NCBI GenBank assembly: GCA_041489255.1
Contig: JBGPQV010000017.1
Coordinates: 1-61,317, forward strand
Direction: 5' to 3'
Origin: Thermoplasmata archaeon
GTDB lineage: Archaea; Thermoplasmatota; Thermoplasmata; RBG-16-68-12; JAFNFQ01
Length of the DNA: 61,317 nucleotides
Part shown: piece after piece, positions 29,056 to 41,446 of the stretch
Layout: each line of letters begins with the position of its first letter
Position numbering within the stretch: the stretch's first letter is position 1
Notes under the pieces: generated by a model
Seen by the model: only the letters and a program-made list of their open reading frames with translations
The model's database searches: none
What the model was told of the DNA's origin: nothing
Program-made: the position numbers and the translations under genes

Positions 29056-30066
29056 TCACGCGTCAGCCACGTAGTACTTGTGCTCGCGGCCGATCCTCTC
29101 GACCGCAATCATCCCCTCTCGGCTCATCATGCGGAGGTTATAGCTGATTGCCTGCTGGCTCGCGTTCAGCCTCTGGGCGATCTCCGCCTGGGTCGAGCCG
29201 CTGCCACCGCTGACCAAATCGAGGATCTGCGCCTGGAGGTCGCTGAGGCGGATGCCCTCTTCGTCCGGTATGTTGACGTCCATCGCGTAGAACCGCTTCA
29301 GCATGCGGTCCCGCCGCGACTTGACGAAGCCCTGGACCTCGAGAGTCCGCAGGTGGTGTGCCAGGGTCCCGTTGTTGACCCTCAAGCTCGCCCTGAGGAG
29401 GTTGAAGTGGACGCCGGGATTGGCGCGGATGTAGCCGTAGATCTGGCCCCGGACGAAGTGGTCCAGGACGTCCTCCTTACGGATCCTAGAATAGAGCGGG
29501 AACACGAGGAACTTGAACAGGCCGTAGCGCGCTGTCTCGGTGCTCGCAGCCCCGCCAAATGCTGCCAGGACCGCCGCCAGGCTCAGCACCGGGACGACGG
29601 GGATCTGCCCCCAGCCGCCGGCCGGCCCTGGCGTCACGACGACGACCATCCTGCCGACGCCGCCGAAGGTTCCCGCCTTGTAGGCAGTCGCGACAATCAG
29701 GAGGTGACGCTCGTTTGACGAGACTGAGGAATAGGTGAATTCGAAGCGACCATCGTATGAGGTCGTGCCCGATGCAGGCGTCACTGTCCCGCCGTCGGCC
29801 AGCAATGTCACGGTGGCGCCCATGACCGGCACGCCGTAGTTATCGGTCACGGTCAAGGCGATAGGCAGGCTTGTGCCGCTCTCGATCAGATCAGTATCGC
29901 AGTAGAAGGAGACGACCAAGGAAACGTCACCGCTGCCGCCAGCGTCGAACAAGGGGATTTCGGCTGCAGCCCTTGGCGGGACAAGCAAGAATGCTGAGAA
30001 AAGCAGCAGAGCGGTAAGTGGGAGCCAGTATGCGGATTTCACTGCGCGCCTACCCCGTGATAACAT
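29056..30066 (-). CDS. Membrane-anchored double winged-HTH transcriptional regulator with extracellular Ig-like domain
   Basis: Signal peptide, VTDNYGVPVMGATV (Big_1-like), TM segments, RGQIYGYIRANPGVHF...GTLAHHL and TQAEIAQRL...ISYNL. Confidence 0.85.
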   Translation of the reverse strand: MLSRGRRAVKSAYWLPLTALLLFSAFLLVPPRAAAEIPLFDAGGSGDVSLVVSFYCDTDLIESGTSLPIALTVTDNYGVPVMGATVTLLADGGTVTPASGTTSYDGRFEFTYSSVSSNERHLLIVATAYKAGTFGGVGRMVVVVTPGPAGGWGQIPVVPVLSLAAVLAAFGGAASTETARYGLFKFLVFPLYSRIRKEDVLDHFVRGQIYGYIRANPGVHFNLLRASLRVNNGTLAHHLRTLEVQGFVKSRRDRMLKRFYAMDVNIPDEEGIRLSDLQAQILDLVSGGSGSTQAEIAQRLNASQQAISYNLRMMSREGMIAVERIGREHKYYVADA

Positions 30067-30222
30067 GGTGCTCACCGTATATAAGATGATTTGTACGGTG
30101 TTTTGTGAGGAGCACTCACTGCCGACCTCATCGATGCGTATTCTGTTTTGGCGGGACTTCTGGCTTCCGGGTGAATCTCAAAGGTCTTAATGCCCTGTCG
30201 CCATCAGCACCGCCAAGATAGC

Positions 30223-31152
30223 ATGTTCTGTCCTCGGTGCAAGACGCCTATCGCTCCCCTCGAGACGAAATGCGGGAAATGCGGCCTCGCTGCTTCACTC
30301 GTCTCGAGTCGTCCTTTGCCATCGGGGGATGCGCCCGACTCCTGCAGGTATTGCGGCCACCCGCTTGGCGGGCGGGACTCGTGCGAGATGTGCGGCGCAC
30401 CCGGCAGTCAGCCCATGGTCGGTCCGCAGGGGATCAGATGCCCCCTATGCGGCGGCGATCTCGACGAGAATCTTGCCTGCCGCAAGTGCGGCTCCATAGT
30501 CGGGGGAGAGACGACCCGGGAAGAACCCAAGGTCCAGTGCCCGGGTTGCGGCGGCGAGGTGTCCCTCGATGATGAAAGCTGCGGGGCGTGCGGCATCAGG
30601 ATATGGATCGAAGATTCGGCTGAGAGCGCGAGGCTTGATGCGCTGAAGTGTCCGGCCTGCGGATCGCCAGTCGCGGAGGGCGACGCGAAGTGCGCGCGGT
30701 GCGGCTTCCTCGTCTGGCTCGAGTCCGAGGAAGAGAGAGCCGACAGGGCGAGGGAATCGATCAGGGACGCGACGTCGCGGCTCGTTGAAATCAAAAGAGA
30801 GCATGGCGCGGTGCCGGAAAGGGCGGTGACTTACCTGCAGGCCGCTCAGAGGGTTTTGAAGAATGGCGAGGCGGAGCTCGCGACCAGGCGCGCCATGATC
30901 GCCGCTGACATCGCTGAGGTTGATGCGCGACAAAAGGCAATCTTCGCCGCGGCGGTGAGGCGGGCGGAGGAGAGGATGAGGTCCGCCGAGGACAGGGGCG
31001 GGGACATGTCGAGGTGCATAGAGCTGCTTCAGATGTCGCGACAGGCGGATGAGAAAGGCGATCGCAAGGTGGCAATCAGACTCGCGCTGAAGTGCAAGAT
31101 CATGGCGGAGGATCTGGAAGGTTCTCTTTCCAGGGCCCCCATCGGTGCATAG
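30223..31152 (+). CDS. Tandem zinc-ribbon (DZR-like) protein with helical C-terminus
   Basis: Five CxxC-x(9-10)-CxxC units. Confidence 0.8.
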   Translation: MFCPRCKTPIAPLETKCGKCGLAASLVSSRPLPSGDAPDSCRYCGHPLGGRDSCEMCGAPGSQPMVGPQGIRCPLCGGDLDENLACRKCGSIVGGETTREEPKVQCPGCGGEVSLDDESCGACGIRIWIEDSAESARLDALKCPACGSPVAEGDAKCARCGFLVWLESEEERADRARESIRDATSRLVEIKREHGAVPERAVTYLQAAQRVLKNGEAELATRRAMIAADIAEVDARQKAIFAAAVRRAEERMRSAEDRGGDMSRCIELLQMSRQADEKGDRKVAIRLALKCKIMAEDLEGSLSRAPIGA

Positions 31153-31171
31153 GCCGCAGATTAGACGATGA

Positions 31172-31522
31172 TTATATCTCGCGCGAGGCGGCCGTGATCA
31201 ACCCTTTCAATTGCGGCTCCACCTGGTAGGGGTCGGAACCTGGCGGCATCACCGCCACGACCATGGAACGCCGACCTGACTCCAGTATCAATATATGCAG
31301 GTCGTCTGAATCCAGCACGATGCGCGACGGAGGGGATTTCCCGAGTTCGTTGGCGGCGGTCATGCCCGCGCCCAATATCGTGGCGCACATGATGGAGAAC
31401 GTCTCCTTCGCGACGCCCTTCGGCATGTCCGCCGCGATGACCAGTCCATCCCGGCTCACGACTGCCAGGGCATTCGCACCGCACTCCTGCCTTGTTTTCC
31501 TCACTACATCATCCAGTGACAT
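31172..31522 (-). CDS. Roadblock/LC7 domain protein
   Basis: AVVSRDGLVIAA motif; GGAGGTGA RBS; start overlaps the upstream stop. Confidence 0.88.
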   Translation of the reverse strand: MSLDDVVRKTRQECGANALAVVSRDGLVIAADMPKGVAKETFSIMCATILGAGMTAANELGKSPPSRIVLDSDDLHILILESGRRSMVVAVMPPGSDPYQVEPQLKGLITAASREI

Positions 31523-31923
31523 CAGCTCACCTCCGGCTTGAAGACGCATTCCGGACTTCCCGAGCTCGCGCACTCAACTTCCACGAGCCTTGCATTCTTT
31601 TCACCGTGAATCGAACGAAGGCGCGACAGAATCCCCCTGAGGCGGTGGCAAGAGGGCGACTCGTTCTCCTTATCGGCTTCTATCGAACCCTTCACCCTGA
31701 TCTCACCGTCATCGAAGACAACATCCTCCACCCAGCCCCTCGCGATGAGTATCTTCCGGGCGCCTTCGAGCATATCGCCGCTGCCCTTGCACAGCTCCGC
31801 GAGCTGGCCGGCGAGCGCCTCGCCCTCGCGGAAGAAGAGACCGTGACAGGCATAGCTCATCACGCCCTCGTAGAGTCTCAGGATTGAAGAGACCTCTGTC
31901 TGCGATATCTTGACGAATCGCAT
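31522..31923 (-). CDS. V4R domain protein
   Basis: CHRLRGIL...EVECASSGSPECVF motif. Confidence 0.82.
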   Translation of the reverse strand: MRFVKISQTEVSSILRLYEGVMSYACHGLFFREGEALAGQLAELCKGSGDMLEGARKILIARGWVEDVVFDDGEIRVKGSIEADKENESPSCHRLRGILSRLRSIHGEKNARLVEVECASSGSPECVFKPEVS

Positions 31924-31968
31924 CCGGACTCTCAGCGGGAGAACCGACTAATAAAAACTTCGCTGCAA

Positions 31969-32499
31969 TTATCGCTCCCTGCACTCCGGACAGACGAGAA
32001 GGCTGCCCTCCGCCCGGAGATCGGTGCTGTAGATGCCGCATGCCTCGCAGTGCCCCTCGATCCCTTCCATCTTCTCCACGAGGCCGGCCCGGGTGAACTC
32101 CCGCGTCACCTCCATGAGCTGCGGCCAGAGGTGGATGATGTCGTCCTCCGTGACGAGACCGACCAGCTTCCCGCCATCGACGACCGCCAGACGCCGTATC
32201 TTGAGCTTCGCCATCTTGGCCGCGGCCTCGGCGACCTCCATGTGCGGGTGTATCGAGACAAGGGGCGAGCTCATGACCTCGCCTATCTTCGTGCCCGTGG
32301 CGTCCTTGCCTTGGGCGATCACCTTCGCGACCATGTCGCGCTCGGTCACTATCCCGACAGGCGTCTCGCCGTCCAGCACGACGAGGCTCCCGATGCCCCT
32401 GTCCCTCATCAGCCTCGCGGCCTCGGCAACGGAGACCTCGGCGCGGACCGTAACTGGCACCTTCGACATTATCTCCAGAATGGGGACTCTCGCAATCAT
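31969..32499 (-). CDS. CBS-pair protein with C-terminal Zn ribbon
   Basis: GIVTERD, IRRLAV and CEAC...CPEC. Confidence 0.9.
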   Translation of the reverse strand: MIARVPILEIMSKVPVTVRAEVSVAEAARLMRDRGIGSLVVLDGETPVGIVTERDMVAKVIAQGKDATGTKIGEVMSSPLVSIHPHMEVAEAAAKMAKLKIRRLAVVDGGKLVGLVTEDDIIHLWPQLMEVTREFTRAGLVEKMEGIEGHCEACGIYSTDLRAEGSLLVCPECRER

Positions 32500-32597
32500 G
32501 GCGACATTCCTGTCAATGGCCTAAGAGTTCATATAACCTTTTGTCTATGTTTGCATCGTCCCCGACTCGGAACGGCGGACGCTCGAAGAGGTAGCGA

Positions 32598-33227
32598 ATG
32601 GCGGTGGGGCAATCGTACACTTCGGAAGAGGGCGAGCTGGCCGTCCGCATCGCCCGCGACACCGTCGATTCTTATGTCGTGAACAAGCCGTTTAAGGCCT
32701 TTCAGGTCCCCGCCAAGTTCAACGAGAAATCCGGTGTGTTCGTGACCCTCAACACGTGGCCCGAGCAGGAATTGCGCGGCTGCATAGGCTACCCTCAGCC
32801 GGTCTTACCTCTGGTGAAGGCTCTGATCAAGGCCGCGGAGGAATCGACCGGGGATCCGAGGTTCCCCGCTCTGAGGAAGGACGAGCTGGATCATGTCGTC
32901 GTCGAGGTCACAATCCTCACCCCGCCCGAGCTCATCCAAGTCAAGAAGACCAGGGACTACGTCAAGGAGGTCTCCATCGGGACTCACGGCCTGATAGCCG
33001 CGCAAGGCATGCTCCGCGGACTCCTGCTCCCGCAGGTGCCCGTGGAATGGAATTGGGACACGGAGGAGTTCCTCGCCCAGACGTGCATGAAGGCTGGCCT
33101 CACGCCGGACGCGTGGCTCGACGAGGACACGAAGATCTACAGGTTCAGGGGCGAGATATTCGCGGAGGAGAAGCCTCGAGGATCCGTGAAGAGACACTTG
33201 CTTGGTGTTCCCCATGCTGGTCCTTGA
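32598..33227 (+). CDS. AMMECR1 domain protein
   Basis: GVFVTL, LRGCIG, DPRF and GLLLPQV motifs. Confidence 0.93.
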   Translation: MAVGQSYTSEEGELAVRIARDTVDSYVVNKPFKAFQVPAKFNEKSGVFVTLNTWPEQELRGCIGYPQPVLPLVKALIKAAEESTGDPRFPALRKDELDHVVVEVTILTPPELIQVKKTRDYVKEVSIGTHGLIAAQGMLRGLLLPQVPVEWNWDTEEFLAQTCMKAGLTPDAWLDEDTKIYRFRGEIFAEEKPRGSVKRHLLGVPHAGP

Positions 33228-34530
33228 GGGAAGGGGCTTCATACAGGGCAGTTTCAAGCAATGCGCGATCGGCATCGAGGACGGCGTGATCTCCTCGATC
33301 AAGAAGACTCTCCACGGCGACGACAATGTGGACTACGGTGAATTCCTCATCCTTCCCGGAGGAATAGACCTGCATGTCCACTTCCGCGAGCCCGGCCTGA
33401 CACACAAGGAGGACTTCAGGACGGGGACCACATCGGCGGCGATGGGCGGCGTCACCACGGTGTTCGACATGCCGAACACCATGCCGCCGACGACGACCCT
33501 GCGCGAATACGAGCAGAAGGTCGAGATGGCGGGAAGGAAGGCGTTCATTGATTTCGGCCTCTACGCGGCTCTCTCGAAAGCCCGCGAGACATCCAGACTG
33601 GCGGGGGTCCGTGCGCCCTTCAAGCTCTACATGGCTCAGACCACTGGCGGCCTCGACGTCCCGGCGGACGATGTCCCTGGCCTTCTGAAGGATCTTCCGC
33701 CCGTGTATCCCCCCGTCGTCGTGCACGCCGAGAACCCCGCCAAGTTCAAAGCCACCGATGCGAGAACGCTCCGGGAGCACGACCTCGCGAGGCCGGTCGA
33801 GGCGGAGTCTTCATCGATAGACCTCCTCAAGGCGATGAGGAGGAACTTCCACATCACTCATGTCACGTCGGAGGAGTCGCTGAAGAGCGTCTCATCGTCG
33901 GGCTTCACGTCTGACGTCACACCGCATCACCTGCTGCTCGATTGCACCAGGCCGCTAGGCCAGCTCGGCAAGGTGAACCCACCGTTGAGGCAGCCCTCGG
34001 AACGGGAAGCCGTGTGGAACGCGTTCGCCGGAGGACGCATCGGCATTCTGGCGAGCGACCACGCGCCGCACACGGAGGAAGAGAAGTCCGTCAACTTCGC
34101 AGACGCTCCATCAGGCTTGCCAGGCGTCGAGACTATGATCCCATTGATGCTACGCAAGGTGAGGAGCAGCGACCTGCAACTTGACAGGCTCATCAACGCC
34201 GTTGCCGAGCGTCCGGCGGAGCTCATGGGTCTGAACAAGGGCTTCATCGAGGTCGGCAGGGACGCGGACCTGGTCGTGGTCGATTCGCACTCGGTCACGA
34301 AGGTGCGGGGCAAGAAGCTCCATTCGAAGTGCGGATGGACGGCGTTCGAAGGATGGGAGGCGATCTTCCCCTTGGCGGTGTACCTGCGCGGGAACCTGAT
34401 CGTGGACAAGGGCGAGGTCGCGGAGGATTCGATCGGGGAACACGTGGATGCGAAGGTCCCCGCCAAGCGGCCGGAGCCTGCAAAGAAACCCGGGTTCGGG
34501 GCGGCCCTCCAACAGGGCGCGCCTAGGTGA
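33214..34530 (+). CDS. pyrC: Dihydroorotase
   Basis: DLHVHFREPG, DMPNT, TPHHL, KVNPPLR and SDHAPH motifs. Confidence 0.9.
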   Translation: MLVLEGRGFIQGSFKQCAIGIEDGVISSIKKTLHGDDNVDYGEFLILPGGIDLHVHFREPGLTHKEDFRTGTTSAAMGGVTTVFDMPNTMPPTTTLREYEQKVEMAGRKAFIDFGLYAALSKARETSRLAGVRAPFKLYMAQTTGGLDVPADDVPGLLKDLPPVYPPVVVHAENPAKFKATDARTLREHDLARPVEAESSSIDLLKAMRRNFHITHVTSEESLKSVSSSGFTSDVTPHHLLLDCTRPLGQLGKVNPPLRQPSEREAVWNAFAGGRIGILASDHAPHTEEEKSVNFADAPSGLPGVETMIPLMLRKVRSSDLQLDRLINAVAERPAELMGLNKGFIEVGRDADLVVVDSHSVTKVRGKKLHSKCGWTAFEGWEAIFPLAVYLRGNLIVDKGEVAEDSIGEHVDAKVPAKRPEPAKKPGFGAALQQGAPR

Positions 34531-36301
34531 GCGCGTAGTAATACTCGCCCGCGTGCTTCTGCTCGCGGTCAAGGCGCGAGTCGGGCTTGTTTATCCTCGG
34601 GCGGTTCGTCTCGTTGTCCCGGCGGAACGTGATCCCCACCTGCTCAAGGAACCTGTTCATGCCCTCCCGCATCGGGAAAGGACCCTGGGCGAGGCCGGAG
34701 ACACCCGGCTCGCCGCTGAACACGATGATGCTGTCGGAGACCATGTCGATGAAGTAGACGTCGTGGTCGACGATGAGGCCGCTCTTCCCCTCCTTCTCCA
34801 TGACCCTGCGGATGGTCTTCGCCGCCTCCATGCGCTGGTTGCTGTCCAGGTACGCCGAGGGCTCGTCGATCAGGTATGAGTCGGCGTCGCGGCCGAGGCA
34901 GATCGCGATGGCGACGCGCTGGAGCTCCCCGCCGGAGAGCGTGGTGACTTCCCGCTCCATTAGTCCCCTGACCTTCAATGGGCTGAGAACCTCCGCCTCG
35001 AAATAGTTGCTCTCCGCCTTCCTGCCGACCGCCGCCGCAAAAAGATCCCGCACGACCCCCTCGTACTTCGACTCGACGTACTGCGGCTTGTAGCTGACCT
35101 TCCACTCCGCGGTCACCTCGCCGACCGTCGGCGCCTCCTCTCCCGCCAGCATCTTAACGAACGTCGTCTTGCCCGTCGCGTTCGGGCCGACGACGCCTAC
35201 GACTTCCCCCTTCCTCAGCTTGCCGGGCTCGACCTTCAAGTGAAAGCCCTCGTATCGCTTCTCGAGGACATCGTAATGGAGGAGCGTCGTGGCTTTCCAG
35301 CCAGTGCGTGGCGGGCTCGCCTCGAACCTGATCTCCCTGTCCCTGAACCGCATGTTCTCCTCGCGCAGGTATCCTTCCAAGTAGACGTTGATGGCTGTCC
35401 TCACGGGCCGGGGCTGCGCGAGCACGCCATAAGCGCCCTCCGAGCCGTATATGATGTGAACGACATCTGCGAGGAAGTCCATGATGGCCAGGTCGTGCTC
35501 GATGACGACCACCTGCTTCCTCTCGGACAGAGACTTGATCGTCCTCGCGACCCTGAGCCTCTGGTTGATGTCCAGATAGGACGACGGCTCGTCGAAGAAG
35601 TAGACATCGGCGTCCTTGAGCATCGTCGCCGCGATGGCGGTCCTCTGCAGCTCCCCGCCGGACAGGTGCTTGACGTCGCGGTCCATGAACGAGCTGAGGC
35701 CGAGCTCCTCGCCAACAACATCGAGCTGGTCCCCCTCGTCCACCTTCTCCAGCAGATCCTTGACTTTCCCGGAGACGACCTTGGGCAGCTTGTCGACGTA
35801 CTGCGGCTTCATCGACGTTTTGAGCCCGCCATCAGCCAGCTTCTCCAGGTAGTTGTGCAGTTCCGTCCCGGCGAAGTACTCGAGCACGGGGCCCCACTGT
35901 GGCTTCTTCTTGCGGTATTGCCCGAGATTTGGAACGAGCTCGCCGCTGAGTATGCTGACGGTCGTCGTCTTGCCGACGCCGTTGGGGCCGAGGAGGCCGA
36001 CGGCCTGGCCCTCCTTGGGCACAGGGAGCCTGAAAAGCCTGAAGCCGTTCTTGCTGAACTGGTGCACCAGGTCTTCCTTGAGGGCCTCGGGTAGGCCGAT
36101 GATCCTGATCGCGTCGAACGGGCACTTCTTGACGCAGATGCCGCAGGCTATGCATGTCTCCTCGGATATCGTCGACTTGCCGGTCTCCTGGTCGATCCAG
36201 ATGACCTCTGAGCCGGTCCTCTGAGGGGGACAGAAGGCGATGCACTCCAGATTGCAGCGCTTCGGATGGCACCTGTCTTTGAACACTACCGCTATGCGCA
36301 C
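34523..36301 (-). CDS. rli: Ribosome recycling ATPase ABCE1/RLI
   Basis: N-terminal FeS cysteine clusters and two NBDs with LSGGELQR. Confidence 0.96.
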   Translation of the reverse strand: MRIAVVFKDRCHPKRCNLECIAFCPPQRTGSEVIWIDQETGKSTISEETCIACGICVKKCPFDAIRIIGLPEALKEDLVHQFSKNGFRLFRLPVPKEGQAVGLLGPNGVGKTTTVSILSGELVPNLGQYRKKKPQWGPVLEYFAGTELHNYLEKLADGGLKTSMKPQYVDKLPKVVSGKVKDLLEKVDEGDQLDVVGEELGLSSFMDRDVKHLSGGELQRTAIAATMLKDADVYFFDEPSSYLDINQRLRVARTIKSLSERKQVVVIEHDLAIMDFLADVVHIIYGSEGAYGVLAQPRPVRTAINVYLEGYLREENMRFRDREIRFEASPPRTGWKATTLLHYDVLEKRYEGFHLKVEPGKLRKGEVVGVVGPNATGKTTFVKMLAGEEAPTVGEVTAEWKVSYKPQYVESKYEGVVRDLFAAAVGRKAESNYFEAEVLSPLKVRGLMEREVTTLSGGELQRVAIAICLGRDADSYLIDEPSAYLDSNQRMEAAKTIRRVMEKEGKSGLIVDHDVYFIDMVSDSIIVFSGEPGVSGLAQGPFPMREGMNRFLEQVGITFRRDNETNRPRINKPDSRLDREQKHAGEYYYALT

Positions 36302-36383
36302 GATTTCAGAAAGTCTCCAGCTTATTTAAACTGAGGGAACGTGCGCGGCGGGACTCGGACTGGAGCGTGCCCGCCAGCTGAGC

Positions 36384-36396
36384 GAAAACGTTTAAG
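36384..36396 (+). promoter_or_regulatory. BRE/TATA promoter of tRNA-Gly
   Basis: GAAAACG-TTTAAG 26 nt upstream of the tRNA. Confidence 0.6.
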
Positions 36397-36422
36397 CGGG
36401 ACAGTCCTTACTGCAGACTCGC

Positions 36423-36495
36423 GCGGCTATAGTGTAGCCTGGTATCACATAAGCTTGCCAAGCTTATAACTCGGGTTCAAATCCCGGTGGCCGCA
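36423..36495 (+). tRNA. tRNA-Gly(GCC)
   Basis: GCGGCTA/TGGCCGC acceptor stem, TAAGC-TTGCCAA-GCTTA anticodon arm and TTCAAAT T-loop. Confidence 0.96.
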
Positions 36496-36581
36496 CTTCT
36501 TTCCCTGAAATCACCGCCACGATTCAGCTGGGCCGGCGGCACCGTTATCTGGCCTCATCGTATTCCGGTGGCGGGAGAGAA

Positions 36582-37952
36582 TTGGAGAAGCGCAGGGTCG
36601 CCCTCGAGGGCGCAACGATCCTCACGGGCCCGATGTGGCAACCGATGCCCGACTCGACCGTCTTGGTCAATGGCGACCTCATAGCAGCGGTCTCGCACGA
36701 ACGCGGCTCCCCATATCCAAAGGGCACGAGGGTGATCGACTGCGGCGGGAAGTTCCTCACCCCCGGTTTCATCGACATGCACACCCACTGCCACACGACT
36801 GCGGCGGTGGACTTCCTGTCCCAGTTCGGACCGAGGATAGAGGGACCGCAGCACAGGGACTGGTTCCTGAGGCTCTTCGTCGCGCATGGAGTGACGACCA
36901 TCAGGGATGTCGGCAACTTCCCGGAGATTTTCGATCTCAGGCGCGAGTTCTCGGAAAACCCGTCCGCCCCCGCAATGTTCGTGGCGGGGGAACTGCTCGA
37001 GGGACCAGAGCCGCTCTGGCCGCTGAGCAGGAAGGTCAATGACGCCGAGGCCGCCCGCAAAGAGGTCAGGAGGCAGAATGAACTCGGGGCGGACTGGGTG
37101 AAGCTCTACACCGGGCTCGACCCAGAGACCGCGACGGCGGCGATCGAAGAGGCGCACTCGCTCGGGATCCGCGCGGCTGGGCACATCTGGAAGACGACCG
37201 CGAGAGAGGCGGCGAGGGCGGGCATCGACACGCTGGAGCACACCCTGACGCTTGCCGATGAGGAATTCCTCACGGAGGAGGACCGGGCCTCTCTGCCAGG
37301 ATCGGCGGACGGGAAGTACAGGCGGGATAGGTTCCGCTACGCTTGGTCAAAGACGAACCTAGAGTCCGATGCGGCAAATGACCTCGTTAAAGCGCTGACG
37401 GCATCGCAGACAGCTGTTTGCCCGACGCTCATCGTCCACGAGAACACGATACTCGGCCCGGACGTGTCATACCAGAACTTCGCCTACGACTGCGTTCCCC
37501 AGCAGTGGCTTGACACATGGGAGGGGCGGCTAAAGCTGTTCAAGCCGCCGGGCGAGACGCTCCCCGATCCGATCGGGTCGTTCGAGAAGGCCTTGAACAT
37601 GGTGGCGCGGTTGAACTCACGGGGCGTGCGCATCCTCGGCGGGACCGACGCTGCACTCTGGAATCCCTTCGTCGTGCCCGGCGCCAGCCTCCACAGGGAA
37701 CTGGAGCTGCTCTTGGCGGCGGGCGTGGACGCCCGTGATGCCCTTTCCTCCGTCACGTGCTGGGCGGCGGAGGCCCTCGGTGTCCCAAGCGAGATCGGTA
37801 CGATTGAGGAGGGAAAGGTGGCGAACCTCGTCCTGCTCGATGACAATCCCCTGGAGGCGATACGGCACACAAGGGGGATTGAACTGGTGATCAACAGGGG
37901 ACGCGCGTCGTCACCCGAAGAGATTTTGGAGAGCGGCGAACTCGTCGATTAA
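36582..37952 (+). CDS. Amidohydrolase family protein
   Basis: PGFIDMHTH, GVTTIRD, GTDA and GTIEEGKVANLV motifs. Confidence 0.9.
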   Translation: MEKRRVALEGATILTGPMWQPMPDSTVLVNGDLIAAVSHERGSPYPKGTRVIDCGGKFLTPGFIDMHTHCHTTAAVDFLSQFGPRIEGPQHRDWFLRLFVAHGVTTIRDVGNFPEIFDLRREFSENPSAPAMFVAGELLEGPEPLWPLSRKVNDAEAARKEVRRQNELGADWVKLYTGLDPETATAAIEEAHSLGIRAAGHIWKTTAREAARAGIDTLEHTLTLADEEFLTEEDRASLPGSADGKYRRDRFRYAWSKTNLESDAANDLVKALTASQTAVCPTLIVHENTILGPDVSYQNFAYDCVPQQWLDTWEGRLKLFKPPGETLPDPIGSFEKALNMVARLNSRGVRILGGTDAALWNPFVVPGASLHRELELLLAAGVDARDALSSVTCWAAEALGVPSEIGTIEEGKVANLVLLDDNPLEAIRHTRGIELVINRGRASSPEEILESGELVD

Positions 37953-37958
37953 GATTCG

Positions 37959-38921
37959 TCACTTCTTCCTGAGTTCCTGACCTATCAGCACGAAGTTGGA
38001 TAGCAGGTTCTCCAGCTGGATCCGCTCGTTGCTTCCCTCGACCAGCCTGAACTCCGTCTCTCCTATCCTGTCGACGAGCCTGACCTTGAACACGTCAGGG
38101 ATCGCGAGATCGAAGACGGTGCGGTGTATCTGGCGGATGATGTCCTCTCCCGCCAAGCCGTACTCGATGAGCAGCTCGTCGAGCTCGTCCCTGGCCTTGA
38201 TGAAGTCGCCTTCAAGTGCGACCTCTATCAGCTTCTTGACCGCCTCCGGCCTCGCGGTGCTGGCGGCCTTGTACATCGTGTCGGAGTCGACCGTCTTTCC
38301 GACCGAGGCAGCGACCTGCAGCGAGTTGACCGCCTTCCGTAGGTCGCCTTGTGCGACGTAGAGCAAAGCCTCCATGCCGTCGTCCGTCACCTTGATCCCC
38401 TCCGCCTTCGCAACGCGCGAGAGGTACTGTTTCACAGCGTCGGGCTTCAGGGGCCTGAAGCGGAACACGGCGCACCGCGACTGGATCGGCTCGATTATCC
38501 TGGAGGAATAGTTGCAGCTGAGGACGAACCTCGCCGTGCGCGTGTAGTTCTCCATCGTCCTCCTCAGCGCCGACTGCGCGTCGGTGGTGAGGTTGTCCGC
38601 CTCGTCGAGGAAGATTATCTTGAAATCCCCGCCAATCGGCATGATCCGTGCGTAGTCCTTGATCTTCGTGCGCACCGTGTCTATCCCGCGCTCGTCGCTC
38701 GCGTTGAGCTCCAAGAAGTTGGCCTTCCAGTTGTCCTTGAAAAGCTCGCGCGCGAGGGCGATCGCGCAGGTCGTCTTGCCCGTGCCCGCGGGGCCGGCGA
38801 ACAGGAGGTGCGGGAGGTTCTCCGTCTTCACGTAGGCCTTCAGCCTGGAGACTATCTCCTCCTGGCCAACTACGTCGTCCAGCTTCGAGGGCCGGTACTT
38901 CTCGACCCAGACCTCCTTCAT
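37959..38921 (-). CDS. rfcS: Replication factor C small subunit (no intein)
   Basis: WVEKYRP, GPAGTGKT, LNASDERG and SRC motifs. Confidence 0.96.
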   Translation of the reverse strand: MKEVWVEKYRPSKLDDVVGQEEIVSRLKAYVKTENLPHLLFAGPAGTGKTTCAIALARELFKDNWKANFLELNASDERGIDTVRTKIKDYARIMPIGGDFKIIFLDEADNLTTDAQSALRRTMENYTRTARFVLSCNYSSRIIEPIQSRCAVFRFRPLKPDAVKQYLSRVAKAEGIKVTDDGMEALLYVAQGDLRKAVNSLQVAASVGKTVDSDTMYKAASTARPEAVKKLIEVALEGDFIKARDELDELLIEYGLAGEDIIRQIHRTVFDLAIPDVFKVRLVDRIGETEFRLVEGSNERIQLENLLSNFVLIGQELRKK

Positions 38922-39034
38922 GACTCCCCCTTTGCCGGCCTTGAATCGCGGGAGCCGCTAAAAGCTTTTGGGAGGGTTGATCGAGAGCGCGTTCCATGAA
39001 AACCTAAATAGCGACGGCGGCCTAGCCAGCGCCG

Positions 39035-41375
<2,341 letters not shown>

Positions 41376-41446
41376 TTATGGAAATACATCGAAAGCATTT
41401 TATATGCGCGAGAGGCAATCAGCACCGCCGCAGGTAAGCCCGCGGC

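Noticed and set aside
36496-37958. Island integrated at tRNA-Gly carrying the amidohydrolase
   Set aside because: No duplicated tRNA 3' end, no integrase, and composition is close to the core.
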